The translations under genes and the position numbers were made by a program. This document shows positions 8,289 through 17,252 of a stretch of 64,000 nucleotides of DNA, piece after piece. Source of the DNA: Planctomycetota bacterium (GTDB lineage Bacteria > Planctomycetota > UBA1135 > GCA-002748355); contig JAWKUM010000003.1 of NCBI GenBank assembly GCA_041398545.1, forward strand, positions 222,385 to 286,384. Direction: 5' to 3'. Positions within the stretch are counted from its first letter, which is position 1, and every line of letters begins with the position of its first letter. The notes beneath the pieces were generated by a model that was not told where the DNA came from, did no database searches, and saw only the letters and a program-made list of their open reading frames with translations.

Positions 8289-9712
8289 GCCTCGGCGGCG
8301 CGGCGGCCCTCGGCCTGCTGCTGCCGTGCTGCAGCCCGGCCGAGGAGCCGCTGACGGCCCACCGGGCCGGGCGGCTGCCCGAGGCCTGCCACTCGCTCCT
8401 GACCTGGAACCACGCCCCCGGGGGGCCGGCGCGCAAGCTCTTCGGCGAGCTGCTCGGCCGCGGCGTGCCCGACCTCTTCCTCGAGGGCCCGGGCATCCTG
8501 GCCGGCTGGACCGACCCCGAGACCCACGAGAGCGCCACCGTCGCCTGGGTCGAGCTGCCGGCCCTCGGCGAGGCCGACACCCGCGTCGCCGCGCTGCGCG
8601 CGCGGCTCGGCGACGACCGGGTGCTCGAGCAGCGGGGCCAGGAGCTGTGGCTGCTGCCCAAGGCGCTGGCGGGCTTCGCGCGCCGGGGCGGCCCGCGGCT
8701 CGACGCCCAGCCCTGGTTCGCCGAGGGCGTGGCCGGTCTCGGGCGCGACCCGACCGACGAGCTCGAGGTCGAGATGCACTTCGACCTCCGGCGGCTGCAG
8801 GACATCGCGCGGCAGACGGGGCGCGAGCGCATCGTCGCCGGCCTCAAGGTCCTGCCCGGCATCGAGGGCTTCCTCGGCCTGTCGCTGGCGTTCCGGCCGA
8901 GCGTGTCGGCCGAGCGCGGCCAGATCGACCTGTTCGTGCGCCTCGCCGCGCACCCCCTCGGCATCGCCGCCGCGCTCGACGTCGTCCCCGAGCGGCTCAT
9001 GCCGGTCGCCCTGCCGGGCCTCGACGAGGCCTCGGGCTTCATCCGCGTCGACTTCCGCATGGGCACGTACATGGACGCGCTCAAGCAGCGGCTGCTCGGC
9101 GGGCGGGGTCAGGCCGGCGAGGCCGTGGCCGGCGTCTCGCGGACCCTCGGCATCCTGCTGCAGAACGAGCTGTGGCGCGGCTTCGGCGACGAGTGGGTGC
9201 TCGTCGACCCGCAGGGCGCCCTCGGGGAGGGCCGGGACCTGGCCGAGTCGGGCGCGTACCTCGCGGCCGCGCTCGCGCGCGCGCCCGCGCTGCGCGCGTC
9301 GCTCGTGACCCTGGCCCGCGCCGGCCAGCTCCTCGGCGGCGACATCGCGGTCAAGGACGAGCCGGGGTTGCTCGTCGTCGACGCCGAGCTCGCCGGCCAG
9401 GCCGTCGTCCTGGCGATCGGGGAGCGCATCGGGGGCATGGGGCCGCAGAGCGCGCGCGGAGACCTGCTGACCCTCGTCAAGGCCGCGGGCGAGCCAGGGC
9501 CGCCGGCCCCGATGGCCGACATGCCGCCGGCCCCGCCCGAGGCAAGGCTGCAGGGCCTGGGCCGCTGGTCGCTGGCCTTCCTGGCGATCCTGCTGCCGCA
9601 GGTCGAGGAGGAGTTCCGGCCCTTCGTCCACGCGCTGATCGGCGACGGGCGGCGCATGCGCTTCCAGCTCTGGCGCGTCGCCCAGGGCTTCCGGCTGCAG
9701 GGGCGCTGGTGA
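8270..9712 (+). CDS. Hypothetical exported protein / lipoprotein
   Basis: Distal part of track ORF 6881..9712. A GTG at 8270 gives (M)GRRALSLGGAAALGLLLPCCSPAEEP, a signal-like N-terminus with Cys. Coding-like composition throughout; no family motif recognised. The stop overlaps the next gene's start (GTGA). Confidence 0.6.
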   Translation: MGRRALSLGGAAALGLLLPCCSPAEEPLTAHRAGRLPEACHSLLTWNHAPGGPARKLFGELLGRGVPDLFLEGPGILAGWTDPETHESATVAWVELPALGEADTRVAALRARLGDDRVLEQRGQELWLLPKALAGFARRGGPRLDAQPWFAEGVAGLGRDPTDELEVEMHFDLRRLQDIARQTGRERIVAGLKVLPGIEGFLGLSLAFRPSVSAERGQIDLFVRLAAHPLGIAAALDVVPERLMPVALPGLDEASGFIRVDFRMGTYMDALKQRLLGGRGQAGEAVAGVSRTLGILLQNELWRGFGDEWVLVDPQGALGEGRDLAESGAYLAAALARAPALRASLVTLARAGQLLGGDIAVKDEPGLLVVDAELAGQAVVLAIGERIGGMGPQSARGDLLTLVKAAGEPGPPAPMADMPPAPPEARLQGLGRWSLAFLAILLPQVEEEFRPFVHALIGDGRRMRFQLWRVAQGFRLQGRW

Positions 9713-11409
9713 GCGGCGGCGCGGTCGACCGGGCGGTCCGCAACCGGACCTGGCTCGTGCTGCTGCTGGCCCTCGTGCTGTACGTGCCGTTCAACGGCAT
9801 GCGCGACCTCTGGTATCCCGACGAGCCGGACATCGGCGAGGTCGCGCAGAAGATGTACGAGAGCGGCGACCTCGTCGCGCCGCGCCGCAACGGCACGGTC
9901 TGGGTCGACTACCCGCCGATGCTGTACTGGGTCGGCTGCGGCGTCGCGTTCCTCGCCGGCGGCGTCGGCGAGTGGTCCCTGCGCATGGCCTCCGCCCTCG
10001 GCGCGCTGGCGCTGCTGTGGCTCGTGCTCCGCGCCGGCGCGCGCTGGTTCGGCGCGGAGGCCGCGCTGTGGAGCGCCCTGGCCCTGCTGACGATGGTCCA
10101 GTTCGCGTACAACGCCGTCAGCTACCGGCCCGACGTCCTGTTCACGCTCGGCTTCGCCGGGGGCCTGCTGCTGTACGCCGAGGGCGTCGGCGAGCGGGCC
10201 CGGGCCGGGCCGCGGATCGCCGGCTTCGCGCTGTTCGGCTTCGCGGTCCTGGCCAAGGGCGTCCTCGGCCTGCTGCTGCCGGGCCTGATCCTGGTCCTGT
10301 ACCACGGCTCGCGCCGGGAGTGGCGGCGCATCCTCGCACTGGCCCCGCTGTCGCTGGTCAGCCTGGCCCTGTACCTGCCGTGGTTCGTCGCCTGCGGCAA
10401 GGTCATGGTCGACGAGGGCCTCTCGGCCGGGATCCTGACCGAGGTGTGGGAGCAGAACTGCGCCCGCTTCCTGTCGGGCGAGGAGCGGGGCCACGGCCAG
10501 CCGCTCCTGTACTACGTCGGCGTCCTGTGGGCCGACCTCGCGCCGTGGTCCCTGTTCCTGCCGCTCGTCGCCTGGCAGCTCGTCCGCGACAAGCTGTGGA
10601 GGGAGCCCCGGACACGGCTGCTCGTGATCTGGGCCCTGACCTCGGTGGCGTTCCTGTCGCTGGCGGCGACCAAGCGTCAGGTCTACCTGCTCGTCGCCTA
10701 CCCGGCCTTCGCGCTGCTGATCGGCCGCTGGCTGGCCGGGCTCGCGACCACCGCCCCGGCCGACGCGATGGCCCGCGCGGCCCGCGTCGGCCTCCGCGCC
10801 CTGGCCGTGATCCTCGGCGCCGCCGGCCTCGCCGCCCTGGCCTCGCCGTGGATCCTCGCCGCCGTGCTGGCGCACAAGCCGCGGCCGGCCTTCGAGGCCG
10901 AGGCCCTGACCGCGCTGGCCGGCCCGCTGCGCATCCTCGGCGTCGTCGTCCTCGCCGCCGCGGCCTGGCTGGCCCACGCCGCGTGGGCGCGTGGTCCGCG
11001 GTCCGCCGCCCTGCGCCTGGCCGCGGCGATGGCCGCGACCTTCGTCGTCGTCCAGGCCTTCGTCCTGCCGGCGGCCGACCCGCTCAAGACCTACGCGCCG
11101 GCCGGCCGCTGGCTGCGCGCGCAGCTCCCTGCCGGCGAGCGCCACGTCGCGCTGCACTACCTGGACCTCGGCTTCCACAAGATGGGCGCCTTCGCCTACG
11201 AGCTCGACGGCTGGATCGTCCTGACGAAGTCCGAGGCCGACATCGAGGCCTTCTTCGCCGACCACCCCGACTCCCTCTGCGTCGTCGCCGCCTCCGAGCT
11301 CGACCCCATCCTCGCCTCGACCCGCCACGACTGGCGCACCGCGATCGTCCGCGACGACCTCATCGCCGGCCGCCGCCCCTACGTCGTGCTCCGCGCCCCG
11401 TCCCGCTAG
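9709..11409 (+). CDS. GT39-family (ArnT/PMT-like) membrane glycosyltransferase
   Basis: Distal part of track ORF 8326..11409, with a GTG at 9709 overlapping the upstream stop. Polytopic membrane protein with an ArnT-like N-terminal loop YPDEPDIGEVAQKMYESGDLVAP. Confidence 0.8.
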   Translation: MSGGAVDRAVRNRTWLVLLLALVLYVPFNGMRDLWYPDEPDIGEVAQKMYESGDLVAPRRNGTVWVDYPPMLYWVGCGVAFLAGGVGEWSLRMASALGALALLWLVLRAGARWFGAEAALWSALALLTMVQFAYNAVSYRPDVLFTLGFAGGLLLYAEGVGERARAGPRIAGFALFGFAVLAKGVLGLLLPGLILVLYHGSRREWRRILALAPLSLVSLALYLPWFVACGKVMVDEGLSAGILTEVWEQNCARFLSGEERGHGQPLLYYVGVLWADLAPWSLFLPLVAWQLVRDKLWREPRTRLLVIWALTSVAFLSLAATKRQVYLLVAYPAFALLIGRWLAGLATTAPADAMARAARVGLRALAVILGAAGLAALASPWILAAVLAHKPRPAFEAEALTALAGPLRILGVVVLAAAAWLAHAAWARGPRSAALRLAAAMAATFVVVQAFVLPAADPLKTYAPAGRWLRAQLPAGERHVALHYLDLGFHKMGAFAYELDGWIVLTKSEADIEAFFADHPDSLCVVAASELDPILASTRHDWRTAIVRDDLIAGRRPYVVLRAPSR

Positions 11410-11752
11410 CTCGCTAGCGAGCTCGGAGAGAGCGGAGAGGCTGAGCCCGACAAGATGTCCGCGGAGCGGTCTTCCCCTCGATGACGTGAGACCGGATCGC
11501 GGCCAGAGCGCACCAGCCCGGTTCATGCGGGTCGAGCGATCGTCTCCGATCGAGGGTCGTGTCGTCCCTTGCCGGAGATCGTCCCATTGCCACGCTGCGT
11601 GCAACCCTTATGGGGTCCCACGCATCGTTGCAAAGCGCCTCTCCGGCCCGTCGATCATCTCCCGCCCTCGAGGAGACGCCCGAACGCCTGCAGGATGCTG
11701 GGCGCGCCAGCCACGAGCCGGCAACCCACGCCCACGAGGGAAGGACCGCCGT

Positions 11753-12880
11753 TCAGTCCGGCCAGACGTCGCCGACGGCCCGGCACTCGTCGAGGGTCGG
11801 GACGAGGGCCATGCGGAAGAAGCGCTCCTGGCCGGGGCCGTAGAAGGAGCCCGGGGACACGACGATGCCGGCGTCGCCGAGGCGCTCGGCGTAGGCGACG
11901 TCGGTCTCGCCTCGGGGACCTCGACCCGGAGGAGCAGCGAGGCCGTGCCGGAGGGCGACCGGAGGCCGCGAGGCGAGCGGGTCAGGCAGGACGCGGCCTT
12001 GGCCGCGAAGACCTCGCGGCGCTCGTCGACGTGGGCCTGGTCGGCGCCGGGCCGCGGCGGCGGCCGCCTGGGTCACACCGGGGACTGCATGCCCATGCCG
12101 GCGCGATGGTGGCGCAGGGTCGCGATCAGGAGCCGGGTCGCCGGCCATGCGAAGCCGGTGGTAGCCGGTCGAACGCTTGCTCAACGAGTGGACGACGACG
12201 CAGCCCACCGCGGCCTCTGCTCGACAGGCTCCGCGGCGGCTCCCTCGAACCTACAGGTCGCAGTAGCACTCGTCCGACACCAGGGCGAAGCCGTGCCGGT
12301 CGCGGGCCTCGACCCAGGCCGCGTAGACCTCGCCCGGCATCGTCGCGCCGCTGGGGTTGTGCGGGTAGTTGAGGTAGACGAGCGCGGTCCGGGCCAGCTC
12401 GTCCTCGCCGAGGTCTGCGGGCCGGAGCAGGTAGTCGTTGTCGGGCCCGAGCCGGTGCCCGTGGGGCTCGGCCCCGGCGTACAGCGCGCCGAGCTCGAAG
12501 ACCCTGTACGCGGGCTCGCCGTAGACGACGAGGTCGCGCGGGTCCTCGTCGTGCACGAGGACCATCGGCATGTGGAAGATGGCCTCCATCGAGCCGGCCG
12601 TGGCCAGGACCTCGCGGGCCGGGTCGAGGGCGACGCCGAAGCGCCGCTCGACGTAGCCGGCCGCGGCCTCGCGCAGCTCGTCGCTGCCGTGGACGCTGGT
12701 GTAGGTGCTGCTCGTCGGCACGTTGTCCCGCAGGGCCGCCCGGATGAACTCCGGGGTCGGCTCGTTGGGGTCCCCGGTGCCGAAGTCGTAGAGGTGCAGC
12801 CCCTTGGCCCGGACGGCGGCCTTGCGCTCGTCGAGGCGGACGGTGGGGTACGGCTGGATCGCGGCGAGGCGTCGGTTCAT
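11753..12880 (-). pseudogene. Class I/II PLP aminotransferase (DapC/LL-DAP-aminotransferase-like) with an internal stop and several frameshifts
   Basis: Track ORF 12251..12880 (MNRRLAAIQPYPTVRL...YLNYPHNPSGA...SDECYCDL*) stops prematurely. The remainder is spread over other frames: EPPRSL, VVVHSLSKRS (PLP-lysine motif), GDP.LIATLRHHRAGMG, QAAAAAA, then the in-frame tail ETDVAYAERLGDAGIVVSPGSFYGPGQERFFRMALVPT (track ORF 11753..12208). Confidence 0.7.
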
Positions 12881-13059
12881 CAGGGGTCCGGGGCCCAGGC
12901 TCCGATGGCGCGGCGCCTGTCGCTCCGCGCGCCCGGTGGGGGGCGCCCAGTATTCCCGCTGACGGCCGGCGGTCCAGCACGGTGGGCCGCCGGTCGGGCC
13001 GGGGTTTTTCGGCCTCGGCCGATTGCGGGCCGGACCGGCCCCGACCTAACCTCTCGCCG

Positions 13060-14451
13060 ATGAAGGTCCAGACCATGCGCCGCGTCGACGCCTGGCTCGG
13101 GGTCCCGCTGTGCGCGGTCCTGACCCTGTGGCGCAGGCTCCGCGGCCTGTTCGTCCTCGAGGACCACCGGGTCGGCGAGCAGGGCGGGGGCCGGGCCCGG
13201 CGCGGGATCCTGTTCGTCAAGCTGGCCGAGCAGGGCTCGACGGTGCTGGCCCACGCGGCCCTGCAGCGGGCCGTGGCCGAGTACGGGCGCGAGAACGTCT
13301 GGTTCCTCGTGTTCGCCCAGAACCGGCCGATCCTCGACGCGATGCACGTCATCCCCGAGGCCAACGTCGTCGCGATCCGGACGGCCGGGCTCCTCGGGAC
13401 GCTCCGGGCGACCCTCGCCGCGGTGTGGAAGCTCCGCCGCCTGCGCCTGCACGCGGCCGTCGACCTCGAGTTCTTCGCCCGCTCGTCGGCGATCCTGACC
13501 TACCTGAGCGGCGCCCGCCTGCGCAGCGGCCTGCACGCCTCGGCCGGCGACGGCCCGTGGCGCGGCGACCTGTTCACGCACCGCGTCCTCTACAACCCGC
13601 ACCTGCACACGGCCCAGGTCTTCGACCTCCAGGTCCGGGCCCTGCGCGAGCCGGCCGAGCGCTTCCCGGCCCTCGACCTCGTGCCGACCCCGATCGCCGA
13701 GCTGGCCCGCGGCCGGCTCGAGGCCGGCGAGGGCGAGCTCGCCGAGGTCCGCGGCATCATCGCGACGGCGTTCGGCGGCGACCGGCCCCAGGCCCTGGTC
13801 CTGCTCAACGCCAACTGCAGCGACCTCCTGCCGCTGCGCAAGTGGAGCGAGGAGCGCTACGTCGAGCTCGCCCGCCGCCTGCTGGCCCGCGAGCCCGGGC
13901 TCGGCATCGCGTTCACCGGGGCGCCCGACGAGGCCCCGCACGTCGGCCGCCTCGTCGAGGCCATCGCCTCGCCGCGCTGCGCGTCCCTGGCCGGCAAGAC
14001 GACGATGCGGCAGCTCCTCGTGCTCTACGAGTGCGCCGACGTCCTCGTGACCAACGACAGCGGGCCGGCCCACTTCGGGACCCTGACCCCGGTCGACGTC
14101 GTCGTCCTGTTCGGGCCCGAGACCCCCGAGCTGTTCGGCGGCCTGTCGCCGGCCACGACGATCGTCTGGGCCCGGACGGCCTGCAGCCCCTGCGTCAACG
14201 CCTACAACAACCGGGTCTCGACGTGCCATGACAACGTCTGCATGCAGCGGATCGAGGTCGGCGAGGTCGAGGGCCGGGTCGTCGGAGCCCTGGCCCGGCG
14301 GCGCAGTGGGAAGGGTGTGGAGCGGCCCTACGTCCTGCCGGCCCGGGAGCCCGCGCCGGCCCCGGTGGGGGGTGCGGACCCGACCCCCGTCCCGGGCGGA
14401 AACCCCAGGGAGGCGGCTCCGAGCCTCGAAGAAGGCCCGGGACAGGGCTAG
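13060..14451 (+). CDS. GT9-family glycosyltransferase (heptosyltransferase-like)
   Basis: Track ORF 12982..14451, starting at MKVQTMRRVDAWLG. GT9 hallmark VTNDSGPAHF and typical architecture (ILFVKL..., LLNANCS...LRKW). Confidence 0.8.
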   Translation: MKVQTMRRVDAWLGVPLCAVLTLWRRLRGLFVLEDHRVGEQGGGRARRGILFVKLAEQGSTVLAHAALQRAVAEYGRENVWFLVFAQNRPILDAMHVIPEANVVAIRTAGLLGTLRATLAAVWKLRRLRLHAAVDLEFFARSSAILTYLSGARLRSGLHASAGDGPWRGDLFTHRVLYNPHLHTAQVFDLQVRALREPAERFPALDLVPTPIAELARGRLEAGEGELAEVRGIIATAFGGDRPQALVLLNANCSDLLPLRKWSEERYVELARRLLAREPGLGIAFTGAPDEAPHVGRLVEAIASPRCASLAGKTTMRQLLVLYECADVLVTNDSGPAHFGTLTPVDVVVLFGPETPELFGGLSPATTIVWARTACSPCVNAYNNRVSTCHDNVCMQRIEVGEVEGRVVGALARRRSGKGVERPYVLPAREPAPAPVGGADPTPVPGGNPREAAPSLEEGPGQG

Positions 14452-14493
14452 AATCCCGCGCCATCCGGTCCAGCCGAGGCGGTCGGCAGGACC

Positions 14494-15648
14494 ATGTCCA
14501 GGGAGGGATCCGCTTCGGTCCCCGCTTTCCCATCCTTTCGTGGGGGCCGGTCCCCGGCGTTCACAGGCAGCGGCATGCAGAAGGACAGCACGATCCAGGG
14601 GCAGCCGGCCCCCGGCGAGGGCACCCCGGCCCCGCTGCGCCTGTGGAGCTGGCACACCTTCCTCGGCATCGCCGTGGCCGTGGCCCTGCTCGTCGGGCTC
14701 GCGTACTGGATCGAGCACGAGCAGGAGGGGGGCTGGGCCGCGACCTGGGCCCGGATCCGTGACGCCGCCCTGCCGATCGCCCTGCTCGGTGCGCTCTGCC
14801 ACTACGCGACCTATCCGGTCCGCGGCCTGCGCTGGCGCCGGACGCTGGCCCACCTCGACCCGCCGGCCGGCGGCGGCCGCTTCGGGCTGTTCGTGTTCTT
14901 CTACAACGCCGTCGACAACGTCGTCCCCGGCAAGCTCGGCGACCTCTACGCGGCCCACCTCCTGCGCATCAACCTCGGCATCCGCCGCTCGATCGGCCTC
15001 GGCTCGATCGTGTTCCTGCGCATGATCGACGCCTGGGTCATCCTCGGCCTGGCCGCGGCCGCGTCGTTCCTCCTGTTCTCGGGCCACCTGCCCGAGACCG
15101 TGTTCTGGGCCCTGATCCTCGGCGGCTTGATCGCCGTCGCCGCCAGCCTCGCCCTGCTGACGTTCTTCCTGTGGAAGCACAAGCTCCCGGCCTGGATGCC
15201 GGAGCAGCTCGCGCAGCGGATCCGGGCGTTCCAGTCGGGCATGTGGCCGGGGCGCCGGGAGTACCTGCCGATCGCCGTCCTGACGGTGCTGATCTGGGCC
15301 CTCGAGCTCGCCTTCCTCGGGCTCCTGGCCCTGTCGTTCGGCATCCACCTCGACGGGATCCAGCTCGTGTTCCTGGCCTCGGTCCCGCTGCTGGCCTCGG
15401 CCTTCCCGCTGACGCCATCGGGCGCCGGCGTCGTCGAGCTGACCCTCTACGGCTGCCTCGTCGCCCTCGGCGTCCCGGCCGCCGTCGCCGTCTCGATCAT
15501 GGTCCTGAACCGCCTCCTGGACTATTGGCTGCACCTCGTCCTCGGCCTCCTGACCTGGATCTTCCGCAGGAAGATCGGGCTCCGGAGCTGGCGCGAGGTC
15601 GCCGCACCTCCCCTCGGAACTCCGCAGGCCCTCGAGCCTGCACGCTAG
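14494..15648 (+). CDS. UPF0104 / lysyl-phosphatidylglycerol-synthase-TM-region 'flippase-like' membrane protein (HpnL-like)
   Basis: Polytopic membrane protein with NAVDNVVPGKLGDLY and ...PLTPSGAGVVE, typical of this family. Alternative start at 14575 (MQKD). Confidence 0.75.
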   Translation: MSREGSASVPAFPSFRGGRSPAFTGSGMQKDSTIQGQPAPGEGTPAPLRLWSWHTFLGIAVAVALLVGLAYWIEHEQEGGWAATWARIRDAALPIALLGALCHYATYPVRGLRWRRTLAHLDPPAGGGRFGLFVFFYNAVDNVVPGKLGDLYAAHLLRINLGIRRSIGLGSIVFLRMIDAWVILGLAAAASFLLFSGHLPETVFWALILGGLIAVAASLALLTFFLWKHKLPAWMPEQLAQRIRAFQSGMWPGRREYLPIAVLTVLIWALELAFLGLLALSFGIHLDGIQLVFLASVPLLASAFPLTPSGAGVVELTLYGCLVALGVPAAVAVSIMVLNRLLDYWLHLVLGLLTWIFRRKIGLRSWREVAAPPLGTPQALEPAR

Positions 15649-15661
15649 ACCGGAGTCATCG

Positions 15662-17233
15662 ATGCAGATCCAGTCCGCGCTGCTCGTCCGGGTCTCCTCG
15701 GTCGTCGACAAGGTCGACCACCCGCAGTTCTTCGACCCCTCGTACCAGCTCAAGTACATCCAGGCCGAGCTCGAGCGCCTGCCGGGCACCAAGGTCGTGA
15801 TCCACGACTGTTGGATCCACCCGACGCCGACGGCCGAGCTCCTGGCGATCGCCGAGGAGCTGCAGCCCGACCTCGTCGTGGTGTCGTCGTCGAGCTTCGA
15901 CGTCGACGTGTCCAACGCCTTCGCCGAGGGCCTCGGCAAGCTGGCCAAGAAGCCGATCGTGCTCGGCATCGGCCAGGGCCAGTACCTCAACCGCGACTGG
16001 TCGCAGGGCCACGCCGAGTACTACGACGTCATCCTGCTCGGCGAGCCCGAGGAGGAGTTCCAGGTCCTGCTGAAGCGGATGCTCGACGAGGGCACCGACT
16101 CCAAGGCCTGGCGGATGCACTACAAGCAGCTCTTCGACGACGGCAAGCGCTTCCAGGTCCTCGACCTCGACGCCCTGCCGTTCCCGAGCTACACGCAGGA
16201 GGAGCTCGAGGCCTACCGCTCGATCTACCCCGTGCGCCTGGCCAAGCGGGTCATCTGGGGCTTCCTGATCGCCGGCCGCGGCTGCCCGTACGCCTGCACG
16301 TTCTGCAGCGAGGTCATGCGCGTCTCGATCGGGACCAAGATGCGCGTCCGCTCGGGCCGCAACGTCGCGGACGAGATGGAGCACCTCGTCCGCGAGGGCG
16401 CCAACATCATCTCGTTCCAGGACGACTCGTTCTCGTCGTCCAAGCGCCAGGTCGAGGACGTCTGCCAGGAGCTGATCCGCCGCGGCTCGCGCATCCCGTG
16501 GATGGCCCGCGTCCGCAGCGACGAGGTCGACTACGAGCTGCTCCGGATGATGCGCGACGCCGGCTGCATCTTCCTCGGCATCGGCGTCGAGGCCGGCGCC
16601 CAGCGCATCGTCGACCGCGTGCGCAAGACGTACAAGCCCAAGCCCTGGGCCGACCTCTGCCGCGTGACGTTCAAAGCCTGCCACGAGCTCGGCATCGGCA
16701 CCAACGCCTACTACGTGCTCGGCAACCCGACCGAGACCCGCGAGGAGATGGAGCAGACGATCGAGCTGGCGCTGGAGCTCAACGCCGACTCGATCCAGGT
16801 CCACTTCCACACGCCGTACCCCGGCTCGGCCGACTGGAACGAGTACAAGGAGGTCTACGAGGACCTCGACCCGACCAAGATGTTCCACTACGCCAAGCCG
16901 GTCTACTCGCTGGCCGAGGTCAGCCCGGACGAGCTGCTCGAGATCCGGTCCCGGTTCTACAAGCGCTACCTGTTCCGGCCGGGCTTCGCGCTCCGGCACA
17001 TGTGGAAGCACAAGGGCTTCTACCTCAAGAACCCCGACATCTTCCTGACGCTGCTCGGCATCCGGAAGATCTTCAGCACCAAGGGCCACGACGAGCCCGA
17101 GGGCGAGGCGCCCAAGAAGCGCGCGCGCCCCGGGGCGACCGAGGCCCAGGCCCCGGCGGCGGCCGACGAGGCCCCCGAGCTCGTCGGCGTCGGCGGCGGC
17201 CGGACCAAGGTCGAGCGCAAGGCCACGAGCTGA
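15662..17233 (+). CDS. B12-binding-domain radical SAM enzyme
   Basis: N-terminal Rossmann-like B12-binding region (DLVVVSSSS...) and radical SAM cluster motif GCPYACTFC (CxxxCxxC), followed by a TIM-barrel-like region. Confidence 0.85.
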   Translation: MQIQSALLVRVSSVVDKVDHPQFFDPSYQLKYIQAELERLPGTKVVIHDCWIHPTPTAELLAIAEELQPDLVVVSSSSFDVDVSNAFAEGLGKLAKKPIVLGIGQGQYLNRDWSQGHAEYYDVILLGEPEEEFQVLLKRMLDEGTDSKAWRMHYKQLFDDGKRFQVLDLDALPFPSYTQEELEAYRSIYPVRLAKRVIWGFLIAGRGCPYACTFCSEVMRVSIGTKMRVRSGRNVADEMEHLVREGANIISFQDDSFSSSKRQVEDVCQELIRRGSRIPWMARVRSDEVDYELLRMMRDAGCIFLGIGVEAGAQRIVDRVRKTYKPKPWADLCRVTFKACHELGIGTNAYYVLGNPTETREEMEQTIELALELNADSIQVHFHTPYPGSADWNEYKEVYEDLDPTKMFHYAKPVYSLAEVSPDELLEIRSRFYKRYLFRPGFALRHMWKHKGFYLKNPDIFLTLLGIRKIFSTKGHDEPEGEAPKKRARPGATEAQAPAAADEAPELVGVGGGRTKVERKATS

Positions 17234-17252
17234 GCGGGCACCGGGAGCAGCC

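Noticed and set aside
11410-11752. A 340-bp lower-G+C gap after the GT39 gene, considered as a possible tRNA/sRNA/riboswitch
   Set aside because: I could find no cloverleaf-compatible arms, T-loop consensus or known riboswitch core by eye. Only a short palindrome (GCTCGCTAGCGAGC at 11409-11422) is present. Part of the gap is the 3' end region of the decayed aminotransferase.
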